A stretch of 64,000 bases of DNA. Source: an uncultured Rikenellaceae bacterium (lineage in GTDB: Bacteria; Bacteroidota; Bacteroidia; Bacteroidales; VadinHA17). The stretch is taken from the NCBI GenBank assembly GCA_964568875.1, contig CAZMSH010000006.1, positions 2,905 to 66,904 on the forward strand, in the 5' to 3' direction. The notes under the pieces were generated by a model. It saw only the letters and a list, made by a program, of their open reading frames with translations. It had not been told where the DNA came from and made no database searches. The position numbers were made by a program, and so were the translations under genes. This document shows, one piece after another, positions 7,901 to 15,831 of this stretch (position 1 is its first letter; each line of letters starts with the position of its first letter).

Positions 7901-9100
7901 TTTGAGGGTGGTGAATTCAACCTGGGCAGGATGACCTTTGCACGCACCGGAGACATACCGTTCAGCTACCCCACAGCGAATGCCGGCCAGTTTGTGAAAG
8001 TTGTTCTACCGGCCAGCACGGCGCAGCTTGATGGCTCGGCAAGTACAGAATCGACCGGTCAGCCATTGACATATTCCTGGACACAAATCAACGGACCTTC
8101 TGTGGCTCAATTCACCGAAACATCAGTGGTAAATCCTGTCATCAGCAACCTTGTTGAAGGTGTGTACAGCTTCAGGCTCACCGTTACCAACAGCGACCTG
8201 CGAACCTCCACCGACGATCTTTTAGTAATTGTAAGCAGCACCGAGAATCTGTCGCCCATGGTGACTCTGATGGAGCCGGCCGATAATTCGGTCTATCCTG
8301 AAGGAACAGAGATTACAATCACCGCCAGCGCAAGCGACTTTGACGGAACCATCCAGAAAGTGGATTTCTACAGAGACGGGCAGCTTATCTATTCTGACAA
8401 TGAGGCTCCATACAGCGCTGTCTGGACTCCATCGGCAGGCAGCTATGCCCTGACTGCCGTAGCTACCGACAATCAGGGCGCTGAAAGTACTTCACAATCC
8501 GTTAACGTCACCATAATGCCGGTGCAAAGATGTACAGGCACCTCAACAGGCGCCATAAACGGCTCATTTACACTGGGCTACAACTACTCATTCGAAACTA
8601 TTGGCACTGACGTTGTCATCACCCTTGAGCTGCTCGACGACAAGGCAGGGGTTATAGCGTATCTGTGGAACAAGGACCCTTTCTGGGAAAAGAGCATGAC
8701 AAACATTGGCGGTAAGGTATTTACGACAACCTTAACCGGACTGGCGTTGAACGAGACCATTGAAGTAGCCTGCAAGTTTGCCTTTGCAGGGGGGATGGCC
8801 GTTACCAGCTATCTGACCTACAGGGTAGGCGAAAATTGCGTTCCCACGTCTGTGGAGATATCACCCATAGCCAGGGTTAATCTATACCCGAATCCGTTTA
8901 CCGATATTTTGCAAATAGATTCAGAAAGCGAAATAGAGGAGGTAGAGGTTCGTAATTTAGCGGGACAACTTGTTACAATAGTTCAGGCACACAGCAACAG
9001 GGTTTCACTCAATTTAAGTTCTGTCGCAGCTGGTATTTACTTTATAGTTGTAAAACAAGCCGATGGAAGCATCTCCGTTCACAGGGTGATTAAGATGTAG
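4955..9100 (+). CDS. Multidomain GH81 endo-beta-1,3-glucanase with CBM6-like, PKD/Ig-like modules and a T9SS C-terminal sorting domain
   Basis: GH81 signatures NLNDHHFHWGYFIHAAAF, AGHCWANGF and NDQESTSES. CBM6-like GWISAGEWLEYTVNV...FRYASG. C-terminus NLYPNPFTD...AGIYFIVVKQ...VIKM. Confidence 0.85.
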   Translation: MRKSGYIIFAAITSLSLAMATALNAQIVEAGSGSYTTAFPGTDAAGRNSYPSGTPQLSGNAVGKPVPTNDWWSKLIKEDHASNLFNYPFTMRTMNNGLVVSYIPWGVISDLIPVTVGVTGLNTSQATVSDYSDWTVTMNWNDGVRNFETTAGIAMPFLYFTKGSSDVAQITVASGTVTISAEMLIITNAINGADFAVYAPVGSTWVQNGNTYTSTLNGKNYWSLAFIPLTAANVTTVANEYKKYAYVFPANTTTSWNYNESTSVVRTDFTVITDIKEGTGTNMLIGLLPHQWANLATDSPVPDKYSYASVRGEIKTMEGNSFSVENTFHGILPTLPNLDNYSDGFTPTALAEKIENIENDVLALWTDSYNEGQVMNRLVQTARIAHEMGNTTARDKMLATIKDRLENWLTATLGEVAFLFYYNTTWSAMIGYPAGHGQDSNLNDHHFHWGYFIHAAAFLEQFEPGWAAGWGDMVNLLVRDAASPDRGDLLFPWLRNFSPYAGHCWANGFATFPQGNDQESTSESMQFNSSLIHWGTITGNDEIRDLGIYLYTTEQTAIEEYWFDMYDRNFLPTQQYSLVSRVWGNSYDNGTFWTNDIAASYGIELYPIHGGSLYLGHNTAYATKLWNEIKANTGIMSNEANVNLWHDVMWSYLAFTDPPAAIALYDSYPDRSLKFGISDAQTYHWLHAMNALGRVDATITANYPIATAFNSDGTITYVAHNYSDTPVTVTFSTGYELAVPARTMRTSRDIDISGVLSSSFSSAYPGGSVELTLTADGGTPTKVEFMDGTISLGTVTTSPFVWKATSLTPGRHNFYARVFDGERFNTSNIVKVLVGSQVPYGGTPWPVPGIIEAGKYDLFEGGRGQNIAYLDLSVNNEGDFRTDEYVDAVTSVAEGAYVGWISAGEWLEYTVNVTQAGLYSFAFRYASGNPAGGGPFHLELDGSQVSGPIAVPSTAINNWDVWATKTVTDIPLTPGTHVLRVYFEGGEFNLGRMTFARTGDIPFSYPTANAGQFVKVVLPASTAQLDGSASTESTGQPLTYSWTQINGPSVAQFTETSVVNPVISNLVEGVYSFRLTVTNSDLRTSTDDLLVIVSSTENLSPMVTLMEPADNSVYPEGTEITITASASDFDGTIQKVDFYRDGQLIYSDNEAPYSAVWTPSAGSYALTAVATDNQGAESTSQSVNVTIMPVQRCTGTSTGAINGSFTLGYNYSFETIGTDVVITLELLDDKAGVIAYLWNKDPFWEKSMTNIGGKVFTTTLTGLALNETIEVACKFAFAGGMAVTSYLTYRVGENCVPTSVEISPIARVNLYPNPFTDILQIDSESEIEEVEVRNLAGQLVTIVQAHSNRVSLNLSSVAAGIYFIVVKQADGSISVHRVIKM

Positions 9101-9322
9101 GGGTGTAAGGGTAAAGGGCATAGCGGCGTAATGTCATATTGACATAATGGCATGGGGCTTGGTGCATGGGTAAGGGGCATAGCGGCATAGCGGCGTAATG
9201 TCATATTGACATAACGGCATGGGGCATGGGGTTTTGGGAAAGGGTTGCGGGTTGCGGGGGATTTCAGATTTCAGATTTGCGTTGTGCTCTCATTCGGTCG
9301 AGTGGTCAGCCAAGGCTTCGGT
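9101..9322. repeat. Mosaic repeat locus L4 (two M3 modules, G-run block, GATTTCA array, M2 module)
   Basis: M3 at 9109..9157 and 9168..9231. G-runs at 9221..9260. GATTTCAGATTTCAGATTTGCG. M2 at 9285..9323, abutting the stop of the wHTH paralog. Confidence 0.85.
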
Positions 9323-9934
9323 TTATGATATCAGATCCAAGACTCTGCCCCAGGTAATGACTGATCCGGGCTGGCCGTCATCTTGTTTATAAGAATCATT
9401 TTCCGGGTTTATATCCTCAAGGTAATCTTCAAAATGGCCAGACAAACGCCAATTAACATGGTAATAATTATAATTCTGCCTGGGCATGGTTCTGTCCGGC
9501 TGCTGAGGCAGGGTACCCTTCAAGTCGAATTTTTTAATGAATTCCGGTCCTGTAAGGGGAAGCATTTGAAGCAGTAATGATTCCAGTTCAGGCTTGGTAA
9601 TCTTCTTTCTCAGGTTTAGAAGTATTTTAAGAATGCGCTCAATAATGGTCGGGTCGGTAAGGCCAATTGTGGCAATGGAGAACTCCGGATCATCATAATA
9701 ATATAGTCCGTCCCTACGGCTGACAGGTGCGTAAAAGCCCAGAATGTCACTACGCATTATTCTGATATCATTTTGAAGGGTTCTTTCGGATACTCTTCTG
9801 CTACTACCGGCGGATGCTGACAGTGCCGCTGTGCACTTATCTGCCAGTTCATTAATACTGCAGCCCCTTTTGCCTCCATACAGGCTGGAGTTAATGGTTT
9901 TGTATCTGATAAGAGATTTGTAAGTCGCCGGCAT
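9323..9934 (-). CDS. Winged-HTH transcriptional regulator, paralog 2
   Basis: ATG at 9934 gives MPATYKSLIRYKTINSSLYGG..., alignable over its full length with 820..1446. The upstream leader is conserved. Confidence 0.7.
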   Translation of the reverse strand: MPATYKSLIRYKTINSSLYGGKRGCSINELADKCTAALSASAGSSRRVSERTLQNDIRIMRSDILGFYAPVSRRDGLYYYDDPEFSIATIGLTDPTIIERILKILLNLRKKITKPELESLLLQMLPLTGPEFIKKFDLKGTLPQQPDRTMPRQNYNYYHVNWRLSGHFEDYLEDINPENDSYKQDDGQPGSVITWGRVLDLIS

Positions 9935-10015
9935 ATTCGAAGTTTCATAATTCAGAAGGAATGCAAGGAGGATCACTATAATTATACCCGTGTATTCCGT
10001 TAACTGAATCAAACC

Positions 10016-10023
10016 CAAAAATA
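10016..10023 (-). promoter_or_regulatory. Candidate -7 box (TATTTTTG) for wHTH paralog 2
   Basis: Same motif in the same conserved block as 1527..1534. Confidence 0.4.
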
Positions 10024-10082
10024 CAAAATTATGAATACAGAACGGGGCATGTTATAACAGCCAAAGGCAGCAATTGCTGCGC

Positions 10083-10173
10083 AGGGCAAAGGGCATGGGG
10101 CCAGCCTTCGCCAAGGACCTTCGCCAGGGCTACGGTCCTCGGAGAGCTTCGGCTGACAAAGAAGGGGGTGTAG
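10083..10173. repeat. Mosaic repeat locus L5 (module M1 long form)
   Basis: CATGGGGCCAGCCTTCGCCAAGGACCTTCGCCAGGGCTACGGTCCTCGGAGAGCTTCGGCTGACAAAG at 10094..10161. Confidence 0.8.
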
Positions 10174-10188
10174 TCCGTCTTTGCCTGA

Positions 10189-11379
10189 TTAGTAAAGGAA
10201 TCCAAACAGCCAGAGTGGGATTTCATTGCTGTAACCGGTTTCAATCCCGTCAACAACCAGGAAGGAATCGGGGATTCCCGCAATCTGTTTTCTGGTCTTG
10301 CTTCTTCCTCCAACCTCAAAGATGTAGCGGTTATTAACCAGGAAATCTCCCTGTTTTGGATAGTGAACTGAGTTATATGGTACAAGCTGACTCAGGAAGA
10401 ATGTCTCCCTAAGATTTCCCTTGTCCGGCCTGGTTCCTGCAAGGGTATACATGAGATTCGGATTCTGAAGATAAATCTTATCAGGCTTGGTAAGCAATCC
10501 TATACCCTTGCTGTCAGAATAGAGCAGACTTATAAGATTTGCTTCACCCATATAACGGAGATAATCTTTCAGGGTATTCCTGGCAATACCAATTCTTTCG
10601 CTCAGCTTATCAATATTAGGGGTAAAGGGGGCGCTTCCGGAGATTATGTACAGCAACTGCTTTATCTTATGAATATTCGACATACTGATACCGGCTGTGA
10701 AGGGCAGATCGTTTTCCAGGACAGACAGGATCACCTCATTCAGTTTCCTGTGATAGTTGTCGGTTCCCTCAAGAAAAAAAGGATAATATCCATGTTCAAG
10801 ATAGAGGTTCAGCCACTTTATCGGCTTTATCTCTTTCCAGATGTCCGGGGCAATTGTCTGATGTGAGCCCAGAATAGCTTCAAGAGTAACTACCGGAAAA
10901 TTTTTGTTATCGGCAATATTGATAAATTCCCTGAGCGACAGACCCGGAAGGTCATATGTTACACTCCTTCTCGACAAGTCAGCCCTGCCCGCTGTCAGAT
11001 GCAATAGCGAAGAGCCGGTATAGACAACCTTAAGGTCAGGCATTGAATCGTAAATATTCTTCAGTTCCTGCGACCATCGCGGATAATGATGCACCTCATC
11101 GATGAGTAAATATTTACCGCCATTCTTGGAAAATGAATCGGCAAATGAGAGGAGACTATTCTCAGAGAAGTAAAGATTGTCAAGGCTTACATATACATAT
11201 TGCTGATTTTTTAAGATTGTCTTCGCGTACTGCAGCAGCAATGTGGTTTTCCCAACACCTCTGCTTCCCTTAATACCGATCAGTCTTTCTTTCTGTTTAA
11301 GCCATTCGATCTGCGGACGAATATGTGTTTCGCTAACCATTTCGACAGATCTTGCAGATGTTTCAAATATGGCGTTCAT
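10189..11379 (-). CDS. P-loop ATPase, AAA_14/DUF4143-like, paralog 1
   Basis: Walker A GSRGVGKTT, Walker B LLIDEVH, C-terminal GDFLV...IFEVGG. Confidence 0.8.
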   Translation of the reverse strand: MNAIFETSARSVEMVSETHIRPQIEWLKQKERLIGIKGSRGVGKTTLLLQYAKTILKNQQYVYVSLDNLYFSENSLLSFADSFSKNGGKYLLIDEVHHYPRWSQELKNIYDSMPDLKVVYTGSSLLHLTAGRADLSRRSVTYDLPGLSLREFINIADNKNFPVVTLEAILGSHQTIAPDIWKEIKPIKWLNLYLEHGYYPFFLEGTDNYHRKLNEVILSVLENDLPFTAGISMSNIHKIKQLLYIISGSAPFTPNIDKLSERIGIARNTLKDYLRYMGEANLISLLYSDSKGIGLLTKPDKIYLQNPNLMYTLAGTRPDKGNLRETFFLSQLVPYNSVHYPKQGDFLVNNRYIFEVGGRSKTRKQIAGIPDSFLVVDGIETGYSNEIPLWLFGFLY

Positions 11380-11456
11380 TGCAAAGTGATTTATGGACTG
11401 ACCAAATATAGTATTTTTTTGGTTAATGCGTTAACCAATATTGATCTTTTTATGCA

Positions 11457-11745
11457 GGAAGGCGGGGGGAGGATGTCAGATATCTGAAATCAGATGTGCT
11501 CCCGCTGGTCGCGAGCCCGGCTGCGGCTCGGTTGCTCCCCTTCGGTCGAGGGGTCGCTGGGCCTGGAGCGGGATTGCTACGAAGGGCATGGGGCCAGCCT
11601 ACGCCAAGGACCTTCGCCAGGGCTACGGTCCTCGGGGAGCTTCGGCTGACAGGGCATGGGGCCAGCCTACGCCGAGGCTTCGGCTGACAGGGCATGGGGC
11701 ATGGAGCAAGGGGCAAGGGGTTGCTGGTTAAGTAGGAGGTGACGG
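11457..11745. repeat. Mosaic repeat locus L6 (M2 plus partial M2, M1 long, M1 short, GCATGGG/GCAAGGG units)
   Basis: M2 at 11497..11533, partial M2 at 11534..11557, M1 at 11587..11652 and 11655..11691. It fills the divergent spacer between two ATPase genes. Confidence 0.85.
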
Positions 11746-11817
11746 GCAATTTCTTACCACAATAATTGTTTTTGATAGCTGTATTGAGTAATTTTGCTCA
11801 GCACACTGAGTAATAAC

Positions 11818-13008
11818 ATGAAAGAGTACAGAAGACCTCACTACAGTAATCTTAAATCGCGGCTCGCGGAAAAGAGGAACTTTATACAGGTGATTGCCGG
11901 TCCGAGGCAGGTTGGCAAGACAACACTTATAAGGCAACTCCTGGAAAACAGAGTTGATTCAAGCAGTTATGTTTCGGCAGATTCGTACGAAGGTTCCGGC
12001 AGCAACTGGATAGAAAAGCACTGGGAGGCTGCCAGAATATTGTCACGGCAAAGAAATGCTTCTCACATACTTGCAATAGATGAGATTCAGAGAATTCCCG
12101 ATTGGAGTACCACGGTAAAAAAGCTGTGGGATGAGGATACTTTCAGTGGAAGTGAATTAAAGGTTATTATTTCCGGGTCATCAAATCTGCTGATAGCGGA
12201 AGGACTTACCGAGTCACTTGCCGGGCGCTACGAGATTACAACCCTCAGCCACTGGAGTCTTGCTGAAATGCATGAAGCTTTCGGATGGTCAGCAGAACAG
12301 TATACATGGTTCGGGGGTTACCCCGGGTCGGCAATCCTTGTAGGTAATGAACAAAGGTGGAAGCAGTATGTAAGAGATTCTCTTATTGAGCCAACGATAG
12401 CAAAAGACATTCTTATGATGACCCGCATTGACAAACCTGTCTTATTGAGACAGCTATTCAATCTCGGGTGCTCCTATTCAGGCCAGATACTCTCATACAA
12501 TAAGATGCTGGGGCAGTTGCAGGATGCCGGTAATACCGTAACCCTGGCCGGGTATCTCAATCTTCTAGACAGTGCAGGATTGCTGACAGGCATTGAGAAA
12601 TACTCGGGCAGCACAGTCAGACAGAAGCTCTCTAGTCCGAAACTGATGGTAAGGAACACAGCGCTGCTCTCATCATCATTCCAGGAGGGATTCGAACAGA
12701 TAAGGAACAGGCCGGAGTTATGGGGAAGAGTTGTTGAATCGGCCATTGGAGCACACCTGGTTAACAGATGCAGGGAGAATGACTGCAGGGTATGGTACTG
12801 GCGTGAAGGGAACGATGAGGTAGACTTCATTATACAAAACAGGAACGTCATTGCCGCTGTTGAGATCAAATCGGGGCCAACCATCAGAAAAAAGGGGTTT
12901 GACAGGTTCAGAAAACTATATCCCGATTCCAAAACTATTCTGGTTGGCGATGCAGGAATTCCATGGCAGGAATTTTTACTGATGGAACCGCAGGATATAG
13001 TGAGTTAG
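11818..13008 (+). CDS. P-loop ATPase, AAA_14/DUF4143-like, paralog 2
   Basis: First ATG at 11818 (the ORF-track start at 11794 is TTG). GPRQVGKTT, LAIDEIQ, C-terminal EVDFII...AAVEIKSG (D...ExK). Confidence 0.8.
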   Translation: MKEYRRPHYSNLKSRLAEKRNFIQVIAGPRQVGKTTLIRQLLENRVDSSSYVSADSYEGSGSNWIEKHWEAARILSRQRNASHILAIDEIQRIPDWSTTVKKLWDEDTFSGSELKVIISGSSNLLIAEGLTESLAGRYEITTLSHWSLAEMHEAFGWSAEQYTWFGGYPGSAILVGNEQRWKQYVRDSLIEPTIAKDILMMTRIDKPVLLRQLFNLGCSYSGQILSYNKMLGQLQDAGNTVTLAGYLNLLDSAGLLTGIEKYSGSTVRQKLSSPKLMVRNTALLSSSFQEGFEQIRNRPELWGRVVESAIGAHLVNRCRENDCRVWYWREGNDEVDFIIQNRNVIAAVEIKSGPTIRKKGFDRFRKLYPDSKTILVGDAGIPWQEFLLMEPQDIVS

Positions 13009-13246
13009 GTTGGTTATCAATGTAACTTTTTTGTTTGTAACGAATTTGTTACATGTATAAAAATCAAGAAGCAAACCAACAAAGAAAGAAAACAGATAGA
13101 CAACAGATTGGTAAGTCATTCAAGCAGAAGAAAAATTATGGGGTGCATTGGTTGGCGCTGTGGCCTTAGAACCGGAAGATAATGATGTGAAATTTCGAAA
13201 AACCTTCTGGAATATTAGTTTTACAAGAGGGAGGAGGGCTCAGGGC

Positions 13247-14833
13247 TCAGGTATTCATTTTCAGGTTTGCTTCGATCTGTTTTGCTGCGGGGGTGAGTGA
13301 GAGGCCGACTTTGCCGGTGCAGCATAGTTCATCGCAGAGCGCGTGGCCGATACTGTCCATCGCACCGATTACCTCGTCGAGGGGTATAAGGGTGTCAAAT
13401 CCGGCCATCGTAATATTGGCAGCAGTAATGGCATTGGTGGAGCCGAGGATATTCTTGCCAAGGCAGGGAACCTCAACCCTGCAGGCAACAGGATCGCAGA
13501 CCAGTCCGAGCAGATTTTGCAGGGCAAAGGAGGCTGCATTCAATGCTTCCTGAGCGGTACCCCCGAGCAATTGCACTACCCCGGAAGCGGCCATGGCGCT
13601 GGCAGCACCACATTCTGCCTGGCATCCTGCAACCTCAGCGGAGAAGGTGCTGCGGGTAGCAATGAAGACACCTGTGATACCGGCGGCCAGAAGGGCTTTG
13701 ATGCTCTCCTCTTCGCTAAATCCATACAAGTCGGCACAACTGAGCAGAGTGCCCGGAATGACGGCACAAGAGCCGGCCGTGGGTGCTGCCACAATTGGTT
13801 GAAAGGAGCTCTTCGACTCCATGACAGCGGCTGTATTGCGAATGACGGTATTCACCAGGGGAGAGTCAAGGATCTTCCGGTTTTCGACAGCCTGATCGAT
13901 AAGATGGCTCTGCCTTCCGAGAATCCTGTCGCTGTAGGAAGTACCTGCCAGTCCGGTTACCAGCGAGGCACGCATAACCTTAAGAATATCTGAGGCCAGT
14001 GCCCACACCTCATCCTTGCTGATATTTCCCCGTTGCGACTCATACAACAGAGCCATTTCCCAGAGTTGGGTCTGCGCATCAGGAAGGCTTTTAATCAGAT
14101 CAGAAGCACTTGTAAAAGGAACCACACAGTCAGCGCGCGACAGGACAGGCACGACAGGTCCGGCAGCCTGGGTTTTGTGTGCATTTAGAGAAGCAGACAT
14201 CTGGCTGAGGAGATTGCTGTCGATGGCTTCTGAAGCTTTTATGTTGATGAGAAAAGATTCACCTGTTGAGGCGATATCAATCAGTTCGATATTGCATTTA
14301 GAGTATTCCCTGAGGATAAATTCTTTCGTTTTGGCCGTATCCCCTTCGTAAAGTTTACCGGCGTAGAAGAAGTATTCGTAGTATCCTCCAAAAACGTTAA
14401 TCCGAAAGCCATTCAGTTCCTTCAGCCGTATCATTCCACCGCCGGTGGAGACAGCCACTATTTCTGTTGTTGCTCCGGTGACAGAGGTTACTGATATCCT
14501 GTAGGTATTGGGGTGATCGTTTTCATAGTCGGTAATACGGAACCGGAGGTCGACACCCTTTTCCCTGACCATACTTATTGAGTCAATTATAGTGTCAGAT
14601 TCCATGTCACAGCCAAGAATACCACCGGCGATTCCTATACCTGATCCCTGTCCGTCCCACGTCGTAGCCAGCGACCCGTCGGTACTGAAATCGACCGTGA
14701 AGGCTGCAATTTTTTCACCGGCAAGCTGTGAGGCGATCGAGCTGATGCGGTATGCTGCTGCGGTGTGCGAGCTTGATGGTCCCCGCATAACCGGACCAAG
14801 CACGTCGTTAAAGATACTGACAGGAGTGTTCAT
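13247..14833 (-). CDS. sdaA: Iron-sulfur-dependent L-serine dehydratase (fused beta+alpha)
   Basis: N-terminus SIFNDVLGPVMRGPSSSHTAAA. C-terminal half AAPTAGSCAVIPG...AEVAGCQAECG...DPV...VEVPC. Confidence 0.85.
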   Translation of the reverse strand: MNTPVSIFNDVLGPVMRGPSSSHTAAAYRISSIASQLAGEKIAAFTVDFSTDGSLATTWDGQGSGIGIAGGILGCDMESDTIIDSISMVREKGVDLRFRITDYENDHPNTYRISVTSVTGATTEIVAVSTGGGMIRLKELNGFRINVFGGYYEYFFYAGKLYEGDTAKTKEFILREYSKCNIELIDIASTGESFLINIKASEAIDSNLLSQMSASLNAHKTQAAGPVVPVLSRADCVVPFTSASDLIKSLPDAQTQLWEMALLYESQRGNISKDEVWALASDILKVMRASLVTGLAGTSYSDRILGRQSHLIDQAVENRKILDSPLVNTVIRNTAAVMESKSSFQPIVAAPTAGSCAVIPGTLLSCADLYGFSEEESIKALLAAGITGVFIATRSTFSAEVAGCQAECGAASAMAASGVVQLLGGTAQEALNAASFALQNLLGLVCDPVACRVEVPCLGKNILGSTNAITAANITMAGFDTLIPLDEVIGAMDSIGHALCDELCCTGKVGLSLTPAAKQIEANLKMNT

Positions 14834-14839
14834 GGTTCC

Positions 14840-15829
14840 TTAAAATTGAAAATCGTTACCATAATTAAGCTCTGTGGCTTTGGCGTAGACAAACTCAGCA
14901 ATTGCATGATCCTGCACGGCGGTACCTACAGTTTTGAAGAGGGTGATTTCGTGTGGGGAAGTGCGGCCGATGGTTTCTGCGGCCAGCAGGTTGCCGATTT
15001 CTCCACGGTAGTTATCCATATTCAGCACGCCTTTCTTCAGGGGATTGATAATATCACCGCTTTCGCTGAAGCACGACTCCTCGTGGTCGACAAACAGCAA
15101 TGCGCTTGTGAACAGGTCGTCGGGCAGTTCCTGCATCTGTGGATTGTATGATCCGACGGCGTTGATATGGACTCCTGTTTTCAGCGATTCTGTTGTGAAG
15201 AGAGGTTTGCCAGAGGGTGTGGCGGTGCAGATGATATCGGCACGGGGCAGGAATGAGAGATCTTCGGCGACGGTGATATTGCAAGAGAATTTGCCTTTGA
15301 AGTGCCTGGCGAGGCGTTCGGCGTTGTCGCGTGTCCTGTCGAAAATATATGCTTCTGTGATCTCTCTTACGCTGCAGACGGCTTCGAACTGAGTATAGCC
15401 TTGTGTTCCCGCACCAAAGAGAGCAAGGACTGAGGAGTCTTCGCGGGCCAGGAGCCTTGTTGCGACGCCTGAGGCGGCGCCTGTGCGGATAGCCGTGAGG
15501 GTTGTGCCGTCGAGGATGGCTTTGATGCTGTTGGTTTCTATATCGGTGAGGATTATCAGGCCGCTGATGGTTGGGATATGCTTTGGGTGGCTCTTTTTGA
15601 GCTGGCTGAGGAGTTTTACGCTGAGGGTCTGTCCGGAAGGGAGCCAGCAGGGTTTATAGAATGAGGAGATTTCTCCGGGGCCGATGTCGTTGACGGTTCG
15701 CAGGGGCATGACGTAGAGGCCGCGGGATAGCTCTTCGAAGGCTTTGGCGATTACGTCGATGGCCTCCTTCATGGTGATGAGGGTGAGGATGTCGCGGGCG
15801 GAGAGGATTTTGGTTGGTGTGGGGGGCAT
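14840..15829 (-). CDS. Ornithine cyclodeaminase/mu-crystallin family protein
   Basis: 329 aa with LTAIRTGAASGVATRLLA and ALFGAGTQG (Rossmann), the family-typical layout. Confidence 0.85.
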   Translation of the reverse strand: MPPTPTKILSARDILTLITMKEAIDVIAKAFEELSRGLYVMPLRTVNDIGPGEISSFYKPCWLPSGQTLSVKLLSQLKKSHPKHIPTISGLIILTDIETNSIKAILDGTTLTAIRTGAASGVATRLLAREDSSVLALFGAGTQGYTQFEAVCSVREITEAYIFDRTRDNAERLARHFKGKFSCNITVAEDLSFLPRADIICTATPSGKPLFTTESLKTGVHINAVGSYNPQMQELPDDLFTSALLFVDHEESCFSESGDIINPLKKGVLNMDNYRGEIGNLLAAETIGRTSPHEITLFKTVGTAVQDHAIAEFVYAKATELNYGNDFQF

Positions 15830-15831
15830 GG

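Noticed and set aside
5037-8775. Numerous 60-180-aa ORFs inside and antisense to the GH81 gene (e.g. 6233-6781, 6453-6842, 5474-5824).
   Set aside because: They are embedded in a long CDS with strong family motifs and are typical off-frame or antisense ORFs.
11441-11749. ORFs of 63-99 aa on both strands (11441-11731, 11450-11749, 11496-11687) rich in Gly/Pro/Arg/Ala.
   Set aside because: They lie entirely within repeat locus L6 (modules M1/M2 and heptamers). They are open on both strands because of GC-rich repeats. The same pseudo-peptides recur wherever the module recurs.
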